Below the pieces are notes generated by a model, which saw only the letters and a program-made list of their open reading frames with translations, was not told where the DNA came from and ran no database searches. Shown one piece after another: positions 1 to 12,500 of a stretch of DNA of 64,000 nt. Location: assembly GCA_028534125.1 (NCBI GenBank), contig CM052841.1:61628001-61692000 (forward strand). Reading direction: 5' to 3'. Origin of the DNA: Lama glama. Taxonomy: Eukaryota. A program made the position numbers and the translations under genes. How positions within the stretch are numbered: the stretch's first letter is position 1; every line of letters starts with the position of its first letter.

Positions 1-441
1 AGAAATATGCAAAATAACCTAAGATGTGATGGGATTTCAAACATGACACAAGAATCAGAAAATAGTAGAAATGGCCAAGCTTATTGGCACTTTTTAAGCT
101 TGGTGTTCAGTCCTTTGGAACAGCCCCAGTAAAAATTGGGATTGAGAGGTGCTGCTTTAACTTTGATGAACACTGAGGAAGATACAGTTTAGGGGCCTGC
201 TGTTACGCTCCCTGTACGGCGCTGTGAATGCCTTCGGGAAAGAACTATCAGGCCTTCTCCCTGAGCCAAGGGGAGACTCGTGCTTGAACTGTCTGTGTAG
301 CCCTTATGAGAGCTCTAGAAGCTGACCTGCCTCCTCACCTGGGGAGAGCTGGGGTCCAAAACTGCCCACAGGCACATGTTGTAGGTTCTAGAAAGTATGG
401 GCTGGGTTGCAGCATTGGGTAACCAGATTTTTTTTTTCCAG

Positions 442-540
442 ATGACCTTCCAGCAGTGCCTGTGTTTGATAAAACCCTGCCCGTGAAGCAGATGCATGTG
501 CTCGAGGCACTGGACCTTCTGATTCTCAGAGCAGACAAAG
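442..540 (+). CDS. GARNL3: GARNL3 coding exon ([33 protein letters not shown])
   Basis: tttccag acceptor, AAG|GTGGTG donor, 99 nt, phase 1/1. Confidence 0.9.
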
Positions 541-3500
541 GTGGTGCTCCTCCCCAGGCGGTGTTCTCTGGGAGGAAGGAAAGCGTGTAGCCTGCGGCTG
601 ACACACAGGGTCCTGGGACTCTGACTGCCTCGGTGGTGCCAGTGGTTTCTTCTCTTGGTGCCCAGGGCTCGGGGTCCTTGGTGGCCCATGTGTGCTCTGA
701 GGAAAGGACAGTGAGAGAGGGAAGGGGTGGGCATCCTCGACTGCAGCATTAGGTAAAGACAGTGTGGGGTCTTTCCCAAGTTCTGGATTGAAGAACACTT
801 CAAATCCTGACTCCCTGAGCAGTAGTTTTCCAGCACAATCTGCCCTTACAGTTCTTCCAGGTTGTCTTACTTTTCCATCCATCTCCTCTGTCTGCTCTGT
901 CCCACCAGGGAAAGATGCCCGCCTCTTTGTCTTCAGGCTCAGTGCTGTGCAGAAGGGCATCGAGGGCAGGCAGGCTGTGAAGGGCAAGTGTGACTGCAGG
1001 GAAAACAAGCTCGAGAAGACGAAAGGTGACTCAAGTCTTCGCACTTCCATGGCCTCTGTTCAGTTCATCTTTGTCTTACACTGTCCGGATTTCACTGAAA
1101 GTAAAAATGAGTAGGAATTTGATTTTATTGATGTGGTTTTTACTTGGAAACATCACAAAGATGGCATCACTGTTTCTCTAAGAAAAACTTGAGCAAGAGA
1201 AAAACATGTTAAGGACTGGAAGTTCTAGGCCCTGTGTGACAAGTTTGGGAGGAGAGTCAAGGTCTGGGAACAACCCTGTGAAAAGAAACTTTTAGACTTT
1301 GGTTCCTGGAACTCTGATCACCCTTTGCTTTCATTCGTTTCATGTATGGGTGTGAAGCTAAGTCACAAACTCCACAATAGAGGGAATATGACTTCCTTAA
1401 TTTTCTTATAACTTATTTCCAGTCCCCACTTTGCCTGGTGGTCATTTCACTGGGTTATGCTTAATTTCCAGGCTTCTTAGGGATCATCAAATTGTCAAGG
1501 CCTGGCATCATTTATTTCTCTTCCCAGGTTGCCACTTGTATGCCATCAACACTCACCACAGCAGAGAGCTGAGGGTTGTTGTTGCAATTCGGAATAAACT
1601 ACTTCTGATCACAAGGAAACACAACAAGCCGTGCGGGGTGACCAGCATCTCACTGTTATCTCCCCTGTCAGAGTCACCTGTTGAAGAATTCCAGTATATC
1701 CGGGTATGTTTGGTCTTTGGATTGCTTCGCTCCTGGCCAAGGTGTCACGAGGCAGGCTCCCTCCTTCCACCCAGACTCTGTCGTCCACTGGGGTTGCCCC
1801 ACAGCTCAGTAACCCCCTGGGGGAGCCCTTGCCTGCTGCCCTGGTTCTCCCAGAGGGCAAAGGTGAACAGGGCTTTTCCGACTTCATCCAGCTGCTTCAT
1901 GCCAGTGAGCACCTAAAGATGCTGCTTGAGTGGTGGTCATTTTTGGATGTGCAGAAATATAGAATCACTGTGCCATGTACCAGAAACTAATGTAGTTTAA
2001 AAGTCAATTATACTTTAAAAACAAACAAACTTGTGGAAAAAGAGGCCAAATTTGTGGTTACCAGAGGCAGGGGATAAGGGGACGGGGAAATGAAGGAAGG
2101 TGGTCAAGAGGTTAAAAACTTCTCATTGTAAGATAAATAAGTACCAGGGTGATAAACATAGTTAAGACTGCTGCACGTTATCTATGAAAGTTAACAGAGT
2201 GAATCCTAAGAGTTCTCATCATGAGGAAAATTTTTTTTCTTTTCTCTTATTTTGTATCTGTATAAGATGATGGATGTTCATGAAACTTATCATGGTAATT
2301 GTTTCATGATGTGTGTAAGTCAAATCATTATTGTACACCTTAAACTTACACAGTGCTATATGCCAATTATATCCCGATAAAACTAGGAGGGAAAAAAGAT
2401 GCTTTTCTAGGTATTGGGGATATAGCATGATATAGCAATGAATCAAAAAAAAATGTCTCTTCTTATAGAGTTTGCTTTCTAGTTGCAGGACAACAGAAAT
2501 AGGCCAATGAATCTCTGTGTCCTGAGGACAACAGTAAAGCAGGGAAAGGGGATAGAGGGTCATGGATCGGGGCGGTGGGGGATCTCTTTAGAAAGGGGGT
2601 CTCAGAAGCCCTCTCTGAAAGTGTTACCTTTGAGCAGAGATCCAGATGAACCATGGGAATGATGAGGTTCTCTGTGGGGAAGGGTCTCCTGGGCAGAAGG
2701 AGCAGCCAGTCGGGACCCAGTGGCCCCACTCAAGGCACAGCCAAGAGTGGGCAGTTGCAGCCGAGGGAACAGGAGGGGTCAGTATATGGGGACCAGGGTC
2801 TCTTGAGCCCTGAAGGCCATTGCAAAGACATTGGCTTTGATGCCTAGCTAAGGGGAAGCCACTGAAAGTTCTGAAGCAGAGAAATGGCAGGTTTTTAAAG
2901 GGCCATTCTGGCTACTGGACAGAGGAGAGCGTAGGGGACCCAGAGTGGAATAAGGAGTCTGCTAAGAGGCTGAGGCAGGATCCTAGCAAGAGATACTGGC
3001 AGCTTTGGTAGCTGGACAGGTGGAAGGGCGCCAAGGGCAAAGCTGCCCCCTTGCCTTAGCCAGTAGGATTTGCTACTTGATTGAGGGTGGAGCCTGTGAA
3101 AGAAGCCTCCTGGAGGGTCAGGGCCCTTCCTGATCTTATCATTCTAACTTTTTAAAAACTGTGGTACATCGAGGTGTGCAATGTGTCAACTGTTGGCTAC
3201 TAAGGCAGAGTATGCCCATAGGCAAGCTGAGAAGTTATTTTTGCCTATAGTTTAAGCTGCCTGAATTATGCAGTTAGTTTCTGCAAATATTCAATTCAGA
3301 ACAGAACAGCATAACAGTTAAAACAAGTTACAGTCTTGCTCTAAATAGGTGTTAGTCTTCTCATCCAGTAATTAGCAATCTTAATGAGTATTTCTATAGA
3401 GCATATACCTTTATATGGAGTATAAGCTCTGAAATCAGACTCCCTGAATTCAAATCTTGGCTCTGCCACATACAAAACTGTGTGACTGTAGGCAAGTCAT

Positions 3501-6500
3501 GTGACTTTTGAGCCTCAGTTTCCTCACCTGTGAAATAGAATAATAGCCTTACCTACTTCATTAGGTTGTTTTGAGGATTCAGTGAGAACAGTGCCTGGCA
3601 CTATGTTTAAGTGTTCAAAAAGGTTTGCAATTATTATTATTGGCTTTATTATTATTATTATTACTGAATCACAGGATAAGACCAGACTGACTAAGAGCTA
3701 ACACGGACCACACTGTTGAATCAGCTTTGTAAAATTATTTCCTGGCCTCTCCCCTTTGTAGTGGACAGAGGTCTGAGCCTTGAGGACACTCTGTGGGAGG
3801 GCGAAGTCTGATGCCATCCCTGCCCCTCTTTTCCTGCCCTGCCTTCCCTACAGGCCCAGGGCTCTGCAGGAGCCTGGGGGCATCCTCTTCTGGATGGGGG
3901 TGCCCAGTGGTGGGGTTGATATGAAGACAGCTGCTCTGTCCTCACCCCTGTCCCCTCCGTCATCGACCACACAGGAGATCTGTCTGTCCGACTCTCCGGC
4001 AGTGATGACCTTGGTAGATGGGCCAACGGAAGAGAGTGACAATCTCATCTGCGTGGCTTACCGGCACCAGTTCGATGTGGTGAACGAGAGCACGGGGGAG
4101 GCCTTCAGGCTGCACCATGTGGAGGCCAACAGGGTGAGTTGACAGATATGGGGGCCAGTGTGGACCAAGAAGACAAGGAGTTGGGTCTTATAAACTTTGT
4201 GATGCCGTAATGGGGATTTCTTTAAAACTGTGTACTATTTATCACATCGGTATCATGTGATATATACTATTTAGGCTGCACCACCTGAAGCTGCCCAAAG
4301 ATTCAGTCTAATATAATATAACTACCCGTTGCCCTGTTCAGCTTTTCCAGGCCTCTCCCTGCCATTCCATCCTTCCCAACAAAAATGAAGAGTCAAAAGC
4401 TAAATGTAAATAACTGAGTAAATGAGAACATTTGTTTGGTAATTCATGCTGGAAGGGCCTTTGGGGAGTAAGGTTGCTCTCAGTGGCCCTGCAGACTCAC
4501 AGCTCAGGGCCTGGATGGCAGGGGAGGATACAGCCCCCGTCTCCATCCCCTTAGAGGCCCACCAGGAAAGGAAGGCAATATGAAACACTATTAGGAGGGA
4601 CAGAAAGAGCAGCTGAGGGTCTACACCACTTGGCCTGAGCTGCACCAAGGGCAGCCATGTCTCGGACTTGGACAGAATCTAGGGCCTACATGTAACAGCA
4701 CCGAAGCACTGCGGAGGACCACGTGGGTTCTGAGCGCGAGCGCCCTGGAATGCCTGTCGCTGAGCCGCTCCACGCTGCCAGGGCAGATCGCAGAGGTCTT
4801 CAGCCGACTTGTCGCTGTGAAGCAGGGCAAGGCCTGATAACACCTGAGCCACTTGAAATCTGCATAGCGCGGTGCCAGCACTCCCGCTTCCATACCAAAG
4901 ATACGGCAGAATGAGGATGTTGTCCCCAAAGTGAATGTCCTTCCTGACAAGGAATGTAGTTCCCACCCTACAGGCTTCCCCCAGTTCTGCTCAGCTGGAC
5001 CATAGAGACTGAGGAATTTAATTATGCTTTATGAGAAAAAAAAAATGCAACTTATATTTGGACAAACCCTACATAAATTTTCACTAAAATTGCTAATTTC
5101 TGTATTAAGAAGACTTAACACCTAATGAGAACAAGATTTTAAGAAACAGAAAAATCAGAAAAAGAAACATCTAAATATAATTAGGAGGCCTTCTTCAACT
5201 GTTATCAATCACAGCTCAGTCTGTCCTTTCGTGTGTGTGTGTGTGTGTGTGTGTATACACAGACATATATACAAGTTTGGTGCCCAAACTTGTCTGCAAT
5301 AGAAGTCATCTGGGGTGCTTCAAATGTTACCAGTGCCCATGCCCCACCCCCAGAGATTTCATTGGTCTTGGGTGCCGCATGGGCTTTGGAATTTTTAAAT
5401 GATCCCCAGGTGATGCAGGCAAGCTTGGGAACCACTGGTACACATTGCTTCTTGATCCTGGCTGTAAGTGCCAAGAAAGCTTTAAAAACATCATTGCTCT
5501 GACCCCACCCCAGATCAGTTAAATCAGAATTCCTGGGTGAATGTTACTTGGGAGTCAATCTGTTTTAAGTCTTACCCTGATGCTACTATAGACCTCATAA
5601 AAGAAATCCATCCTGAAATTCTTTCTAACTTAAAGCTAAGAGGGCTCCCCTCCACCCCAACAGCTGGGAACCTACCATCTCTTCCAGCTGCCGACTTCTG
5701 AGGAAGAATCTGGCCTTTAAAAGTTCTTGCCCTGTCTCACTTTTCAAAACTCTCTGTATGACCATCCAAAAGAGGCAGGAAAATCATGGCCCAGCAGGTC
5801 TTCGCTCAGTGAATCCTGGCAACTAGTTTCCTAAGATTTAACTTGCTTTTTCTGGTGATTATTAACTTATATTTAACACCCTGATATTTCATTAGAGTGT
5901 TTGTGGATTTTTTCTCTCAAGATTCATGAAGTCCCAGGAAAAAAATGGGTTAAAAACAGTTTTCTTTGATGGTTTCTGTGTTTTATTTTTCTGAAAGCTG
6001 TGAAGAACAATCCTAAAAATTTCTGTCTTTTCTTCAATATGCTTTTTAAAACAAAGATACAAAGCTTTTCTCTAAGAGAAAATGTTAAAAAAAAATTTTT
6101 GTCATTGTTGTTGTTATTAAGCCCTTGCCTGGATCTGAGTGGGTCAGTGTGCATATTCCCTCCAGTAAATCAGCAGCTGCTGAGGTTTTGCTGAGCGGGC
6201 AGAGGTGCTGAGACGGTGGCTCATCTTTGCAAGGAATTTACTGTCTGGTTAGGAAGATAAGCCCTAGAGAAATAAGGAAGGTAATGAACATGATTTCTAA
6301 TAGCTGGTCAGCAGCGGTCTGCAGGAACAGGATTTCTTCCTAGCAAGACGTTCCTGCAGCACAGGCCCTGAGTGCAGTGGAGGCAGGAGAGAGAGGTTGA
6401 CCCTCCTCGGTCCTTGGGGATTTAGTGCCGGTTAAGTTACCTTGCCGCCTGCCCACTCTGTGCACAATGCCCTAGGGGTTGTTGGTCTGGCCTAGTTTCC

Positions 6501-9500
6501 TGCCCACTGTCCTCCTCTCTTCTCAGCCAAGACCCCTCAATTCCCATTTCAGGTTTCAGCCCCCATCAGGGTCTTAGAGAGTCCCAGCTTGAGAGAAGAA
6601 CTGTTTAAGAAGCACCAGAACAGCATCCTGAAAGTCACCATCAAGTTCATTTTACCAACAGGCCTACTGTGACCTACTGCCCTGCTCCAACAGCCAGCAC
6701 TGGCCTCTTCCCAAAACAGAGGCCTCCTCTGGAGGGAAGTGCAGACCTGGTAACGGGATCTGGGCCTCTGGTTTATTTGGGTCCCGGGCCTGTCCTGTCT
6801 GCCCAGAACCCAGGAGGTCTCAATTGGGGGCTCACTCTGAAATCATGTGGGGAGGCTGGACACTGACCCCACAGGGGCAACCTCTTTCACTTGTTACAAG
6901 TCTGTGTTTGTGTTCCAAATTTTCACAATCACCGTATGTTACTTCCACCATTTTTAAATGCCAATAAGATGAACTATTTATTTTTAATCAAGTGAAAAAT
7001 AAAAAGCCAACGCCTATGTCCTACTCTAGACCTGCTATATCAGGGTCTCTAGGAGCGAGAACCCAGAAGACATATCTTTTTTTTTTTTTTTTAGTAATTT
7101 CACTTGTAAGTATTTATTTCCAGATCTCTTTCTGTTACACTGATTGATTGATTGATTGATTTACTTTTTTTATGGAGTTATAGTCATTTTACAATGTTGT
7201 GTCAAATTCCAGTGTAGAGCACAGTTTTTCAGTTACACATGAACATACATATATTCATTGTCACATTTCTTTTTTGCTGTGAGCTACCACAAGATCTTAT
7301 ATATATTTCCCTGTGCTATACAGTATAATCTTGTTTATCTATTCTACATTTTGAAATCCCAGTCTGTCCCTTCCCACCCCCACCCCCTTGGCAACCACAA
7401 GTTTGTATTCTATGTCTATGAGTCTGTTTCTGTTTTGTATTTATGTCATTTTGTTTTGTTTTGTTTTTTTAAGATTCCACATATGAGCGATCTCATATGG
7501 TATTTTTCTTTCTCTTTCTGGCTTACTTCACTTAGGAACATTCTCCAGGAACATCCATGTTGCTGCAAATGGCGTTNNNNNNNNNNNNNNNNNNNNNNNN
7601 NNNNNNNNNNNNNNNNNNNNNNNNNNNNNNNNNNNNNNNNNNNNNNNNNNNNNNNNNNNNNNNNNNNNNNNNNNNNNNNNNNNNNNNNNNNNNNNNNNNN
7701 NNNNNNNNNNNNNNNNNNNNNNNNNNNNNNNNNNNNNNNNNNNNNNNNNNNNNNNNNNNNNNNNNNNNNNNNNNNNNNNNNNNNNNNNNNNNNNNNNNNN
7801 NNNNNNNNNNNNNNNNNNNNNNNNNNNNNNNNNNNNNNNNNNNNNNNNNNNNNNNNNNNNNNNNNNNNNNNNNNNNNNNNNNNNNNNNNNNNNNNNNNNN
7901 NNNNNNNNNNNNNNNNNNNNNNNNNNNNNNNNNNNNNNNNNNNNNNNNNNNNNNNNNNNNNNNNNNNNNNNNNNNNNNNNNNNNNNNNNNNNNNNNNNNN
8001 NNNNNNNNNNNNNNNNNNNNNNNNNNNNNNNNNNNNNNNNNNNNNNNNNNNNNNNNNNNNNNNNNNNNNNNNNNNNTGGCAACCACAAGTTTGTATTCTA
8101 TGTCTATGAGTCTGTTTCTGTTTTGTATTTATGTCATTTTGTTTTGTTTTGTTTTTTTAAGATTCCACATATGAGCGATCTCATATGGTATTTTTCTTTC
8201 TCTTTCTGGCTTACTTCACTTAGGAACATTCTCCAGGAACATCCATGTTGCTGNNNNNNNNNNNNNNNNNNNNNNNNNNNNNNNNNNNNNNNNNNNNNNN
8301 NNNNNNNNNNNNNNNNNNNNNNNNNNNNNNNNNNNNNNNNNNNNNNNNNNNNNNNNNNNNNNNNNNNNNNNNNNNNNNNNNNNNNNNNNNNNNNNNNNNN
8401 NNNNNNNNTTTTTGAAGTAGGGTTCTTTCTGGATATATGCCTAGGAGCGGGATTACTGGGTCATATCGTAAGTCTATTCCTAGTCTTTTGAGGATCTCTA
8501 TACTGCTTTCACAGTAGCTGCACCAAACTGCATTCCCACCAGCAGTATAGGAGGGTTCCCTTTTCTCCACAGCCTCTCCTGCATTTTCATNNNNNNNNNN
8601 NNNNNNNNNNNNNNNNNNNNNNNNNNNNNNNNNNNNNNNNNNNNNNNNNNNNNNNNNNNNNNNNNNNNNNNNNNNNNNNNNNNNNNNNNNNNNNNNNNNN
8701 NNNNNNNNNNNNNNNNNNNNTTCCTTGGAAAATTGCTTGTTTAGGTCTTCTGCCCATTTTTGGATTGGGTTGTTTGTTTTTTTCTTATTAAGTCATGTGA
8801 GCTGCTTATATATTCTGGAGATCAAGCCTTTGTCAGTTTTATCTTGTGCAAAAATTTTCTCCCTTTCTATAGGTTGTCGTTTTGTTTTGTTTATGATTTC
8901 CTTTGCTGTGCAAAGGCTTGTAAGTTTCATCAGGTCCCATTTGTTTATTTTTGCTTTTGTTTCTATTGCTTGGGTAGACTGCCCTAGGAGAACATTTTTG
9001 AGATGTATGTCAGCCTATATTTTCTTCTAGGAGGTTTATTTTATCTTGTCTTATGTTTAAATCTTTGATCCATTTTGAGTTTATTTTTGTGTATGGTGTA
9101 AGGGAGTGTCCTAGCTTCATTGATTTATGTGCTGCTGTCCAGTTTTTCCCAACACCATTTGCTGAAGAGATTTTCTTTATTCCATTGTATATTCTTGCCC
9201 CCTTTGTTGAAGGTTAGTTGACCAAAAGTTTGTGGGTTCATTTCTGGGCTCTCTATTCTGTTCCATCAGTCTATATGTCTGTTTTTGTGCCAATACCATG
9301 CTGTTTTGATTACTGTTGCTCTATAGTATTATCTGAAGTCTGGAAGAGTTATTCCTCCAGCCTCTTTCTTTTTCTTCAGTAATGTTTTGGCAATTCTAGG
9401 TCTTTTGTGGTTCCATATAAATTTTATTATGATTTGTTCTAGTTCTGTGAAATATGTCCTGGGTAATTTGATAGGGATTGCATTTAATCTGTAGATTGCC

Positions 9501-12500
9501 TAGGGCAGTATAACCATTTTAACAGTATTTATTCTTCCAATCCAGGAGCANNNNNNNNNNNNNNNNNNNNNNNNNNNNNNNNNNNNNNNNNNNNNNNNNN
9601 NNNNNNNNNNNNNNNNNNNNNNNNNNNNNNNNNNNNNNNNNNNNNNNNNNNNNNNNNNNNNNNNNNNNNNNNNNNNNNNTTTAAAGGGGATTGTTTCTTT
9701 CTTTCTTTTTCTGTTGATTCATCATTAGTGTAAAGAAATGCAACTAATTTTTGAACGTTAATCTTGTAACCTGCTACCTTGCTGAATTCTTTGATCAGAA
9801 GACATATCTTTTAAAACCTCTCTAGCCGATTATCATGTCCTCACTTGGTCAAGAAACAGTGCTGCAGAGAATGACTCCTACCAGGCCCCTCACCTGGGAG
9901 AAGACATTTATATCAAAGCACGAACTGGATCTCACCTGCCAAGTGCTAATGAAGGTCTGATAAAATGCAATGGAGGGGCTGAGGAGGAAGTGATTACATC
10001 TAAGCTGTGGTCTCTGTCCCCAAATTTTGGCCTGTGGCTGGAGCTGCACCATGGCTGCCCTGCGGCCTGAAACTCTAAACACGGCTGTGCTTGTCCACCT
10101 GTTCGCACCGTCCTGGGCTAGCCCCCTGACAGACACACTGATGCCAACAACTTCCCTGGTGTCTGCTTCCACCATGCACGGACTGTCGTCTGGAAGGCCA
10201 CCTGAAGTTCCTCTCCTCCTGTCACTGCCTCATTGCTCCCCTGCCCCCAAACACAGACACAGGCCTAGTCTCTAAACTGACAGGCTGTGCAGTTCATCTT
10301 TTTCACTGCTGTTACCCCTCCTATAATTATAAACACGGCCACCACTGAATGAGCTCTCCTGGGTACCAGGCCCTGGGCCAGAGCACTTCATACACATTAT
10401 CTCAAAAACTCTTCCCAGCAACCTGTGGGGAAAGTGCTGTTCACTTCCCTGTTTCTGCAGAAAAGGAAACTGAAGCTCAGAAAGGAGGAATCACTTACTT
10501 ACCCCAAACCACATAGCTAGTAAGTAGCAGAGGCAGGACTTGAACCTAGGCTGCCTGGCTCCGACAGGCCATGCCCTTAAAGCCAGCACCCTGCAGCATC
10601 CCCAGCCGCATCAAAGAGAGTGACTGGACAGCAGTTCCGGAATGCAGGGCTGGCGGGCAGCGCTTGGCCCCTCCCCTCAGGAAGTTCACAGTCTGGCAGA
10701 GCAGAGACAGTTACACCCACCAGGGCTCGAGGCCTCTGGCTGAGATAAATGTCATCTAACTGACAAGTATTGGGACACCTGAGGAGGAAGTGACCCTAAG
10801 TCAAAGTGCCAGGGACAGGAAAGTTCCCCTCAGGGGCCCAGAGGGGCTCAAGGGCTAGTCCCTCATGTGATGTACCCCATCGGTGCCAGTTCTGTAGCTA
10901 AATGAGGCCCCACTGACATTCATGGATCAGGTACAAAGTATCAGGCCCCACGTGAGGTGCTTACATAAATGACCTCATGGAATCCTTAGCCCATCGGGGT
11001 GGAGCTTCTTCTTATCTCCCGTGTTACAGATGAAGACACAGGTCCCAAGAGGTTAACCCACGGCCTAGGTGTACGTGCCTCTGAAGTGGCAGAGCTGGGA
11101 TTTCATTTACTCAGACGTGCGTTCACCAAGTACAGACTCCGCTCCTGCCACGCACCAGGCCCTGATCTCTGTGCCGAGGTGGTGACACTGAGCAGGACAG
11201 CAAGGCCTCTGCTTCATGCAGCTGAGGTTCCAGCGGGGAGGAGGGCACCAGTAAACAAGCAAGTGAACGTCAGATGGCAGTATGCCCTGCAGAGGATTAA
11301 AACAGAGGGCTGCGATCTGTAGTGGGCAAGGAATTACTGGGATTTGACCCACAAGTCTTTCTGATCCCAGAATCAGCACTCTTGACCTCTGGGCCTCGGT
11401 GTCTCCCACCTGCACAGGCCCCCTCCCCCCAACTCTCGTTGATGGTATTTGCCCCATTATACCTTGTCTTATGTGCTTGTAAGCTTTTCTGACTTTTTCT
11501 GGAGGGGTGAGACCCTGCGCTTTCATTTCTGCTTGCTTAAGGGCACCGAGTACAACACCGGCTAATAACAGGTGGACGAGGAACTTGCCAGAGACAAGGC
11601 AGAGGCCCTGGCTGAGGGTGGCCAGCAGGGGGTTCAGCACAGCCGTGGGACCTTTAGAGGAGAAGGCTGTGTTTGGGTGACAGCAGTGAGGAGGGCCAGC
11701 TGGGCAGAGGGCCTGCAGGGCGCCCAGTGCGGTGCTTGGCAGCACAGAGCCTGGAAGGGGCTGGAGAGAGATGAGCCAGGGGAGACAAGGGCATGCGCCA
11801 CTGCCTGGGAGAGGGGTCCTAGCCGGGGCGCAGCAGGGGCACACAAAGGACCTCTGAGAGACACAGAAGAGGAGGCTACTGGACTTGGATGAGAAGGGCT
11901 GCCCTGAGAATTTGAGGGTAGCTCTGAAAACAAAAAGAGGAAGTTTCAAGGGGAACTAGACTCATGCGACATAAAGACAATAACCTCCACTGAGTGCTGA
12001 CTATGGGGCAGGCCCTTTGCAGAAGTGTTTGCCTTGAATCAGGGCCCTCTCATGACATCTGGCAGAGCAAGGGTCATCGTTATACCTGCTCACGGATGAA
12101 GACCTGGGGCCAGAGGTTGCGCCATTTGCCACAGAGCACAGGCAGGGAGTGGTACAGGCAGGACTGCAACTCGAGTCTGTCTGGCCAGAGACGTGCTCCC
12201 GTCTGCTCCCCGACACTGCCTCCTGTGTTCTTGGTTGTGGAATCTCTCACATTTGAGAGAACAAAAGACTTAGGAATACGGACCAAGCTCTGAGGAGACT
12301 GTGTGCCTGAGGTTGTAGATTTAGAGATTTTGAGCAGAGTAAAATCTGAAGCTATGAAGGTGGGTATTTTTCTAAATGAGAGAAGAGCCAAGAAATGGAA
12401 GAATGATCAGAAGTGGGAGAGAGTGCAGAAGGGAGGGGACATCCTGCATCAGAGGCTGCGGAGAACTGGACAGAGGGATGAACCGTGGCTGGAGGCCAGC

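Noticed and set aside
7258-8570. Long ORFs of 116-283 aa around 7.3-8.6 kb, and similar X-filled ORFs at 45947, 47497 and 57767
   Set aside because: They stay open only because they run through N gaps; the readable parts are L1 or intron sequence
11107-11949. 280-aa minus-strand ORF
   Set aside because: No recognisable domain, low-complexity P/L/G/S composition, overlaps MIR/L2-like remnants in a GC-rich intron; consistent with a chance ORF
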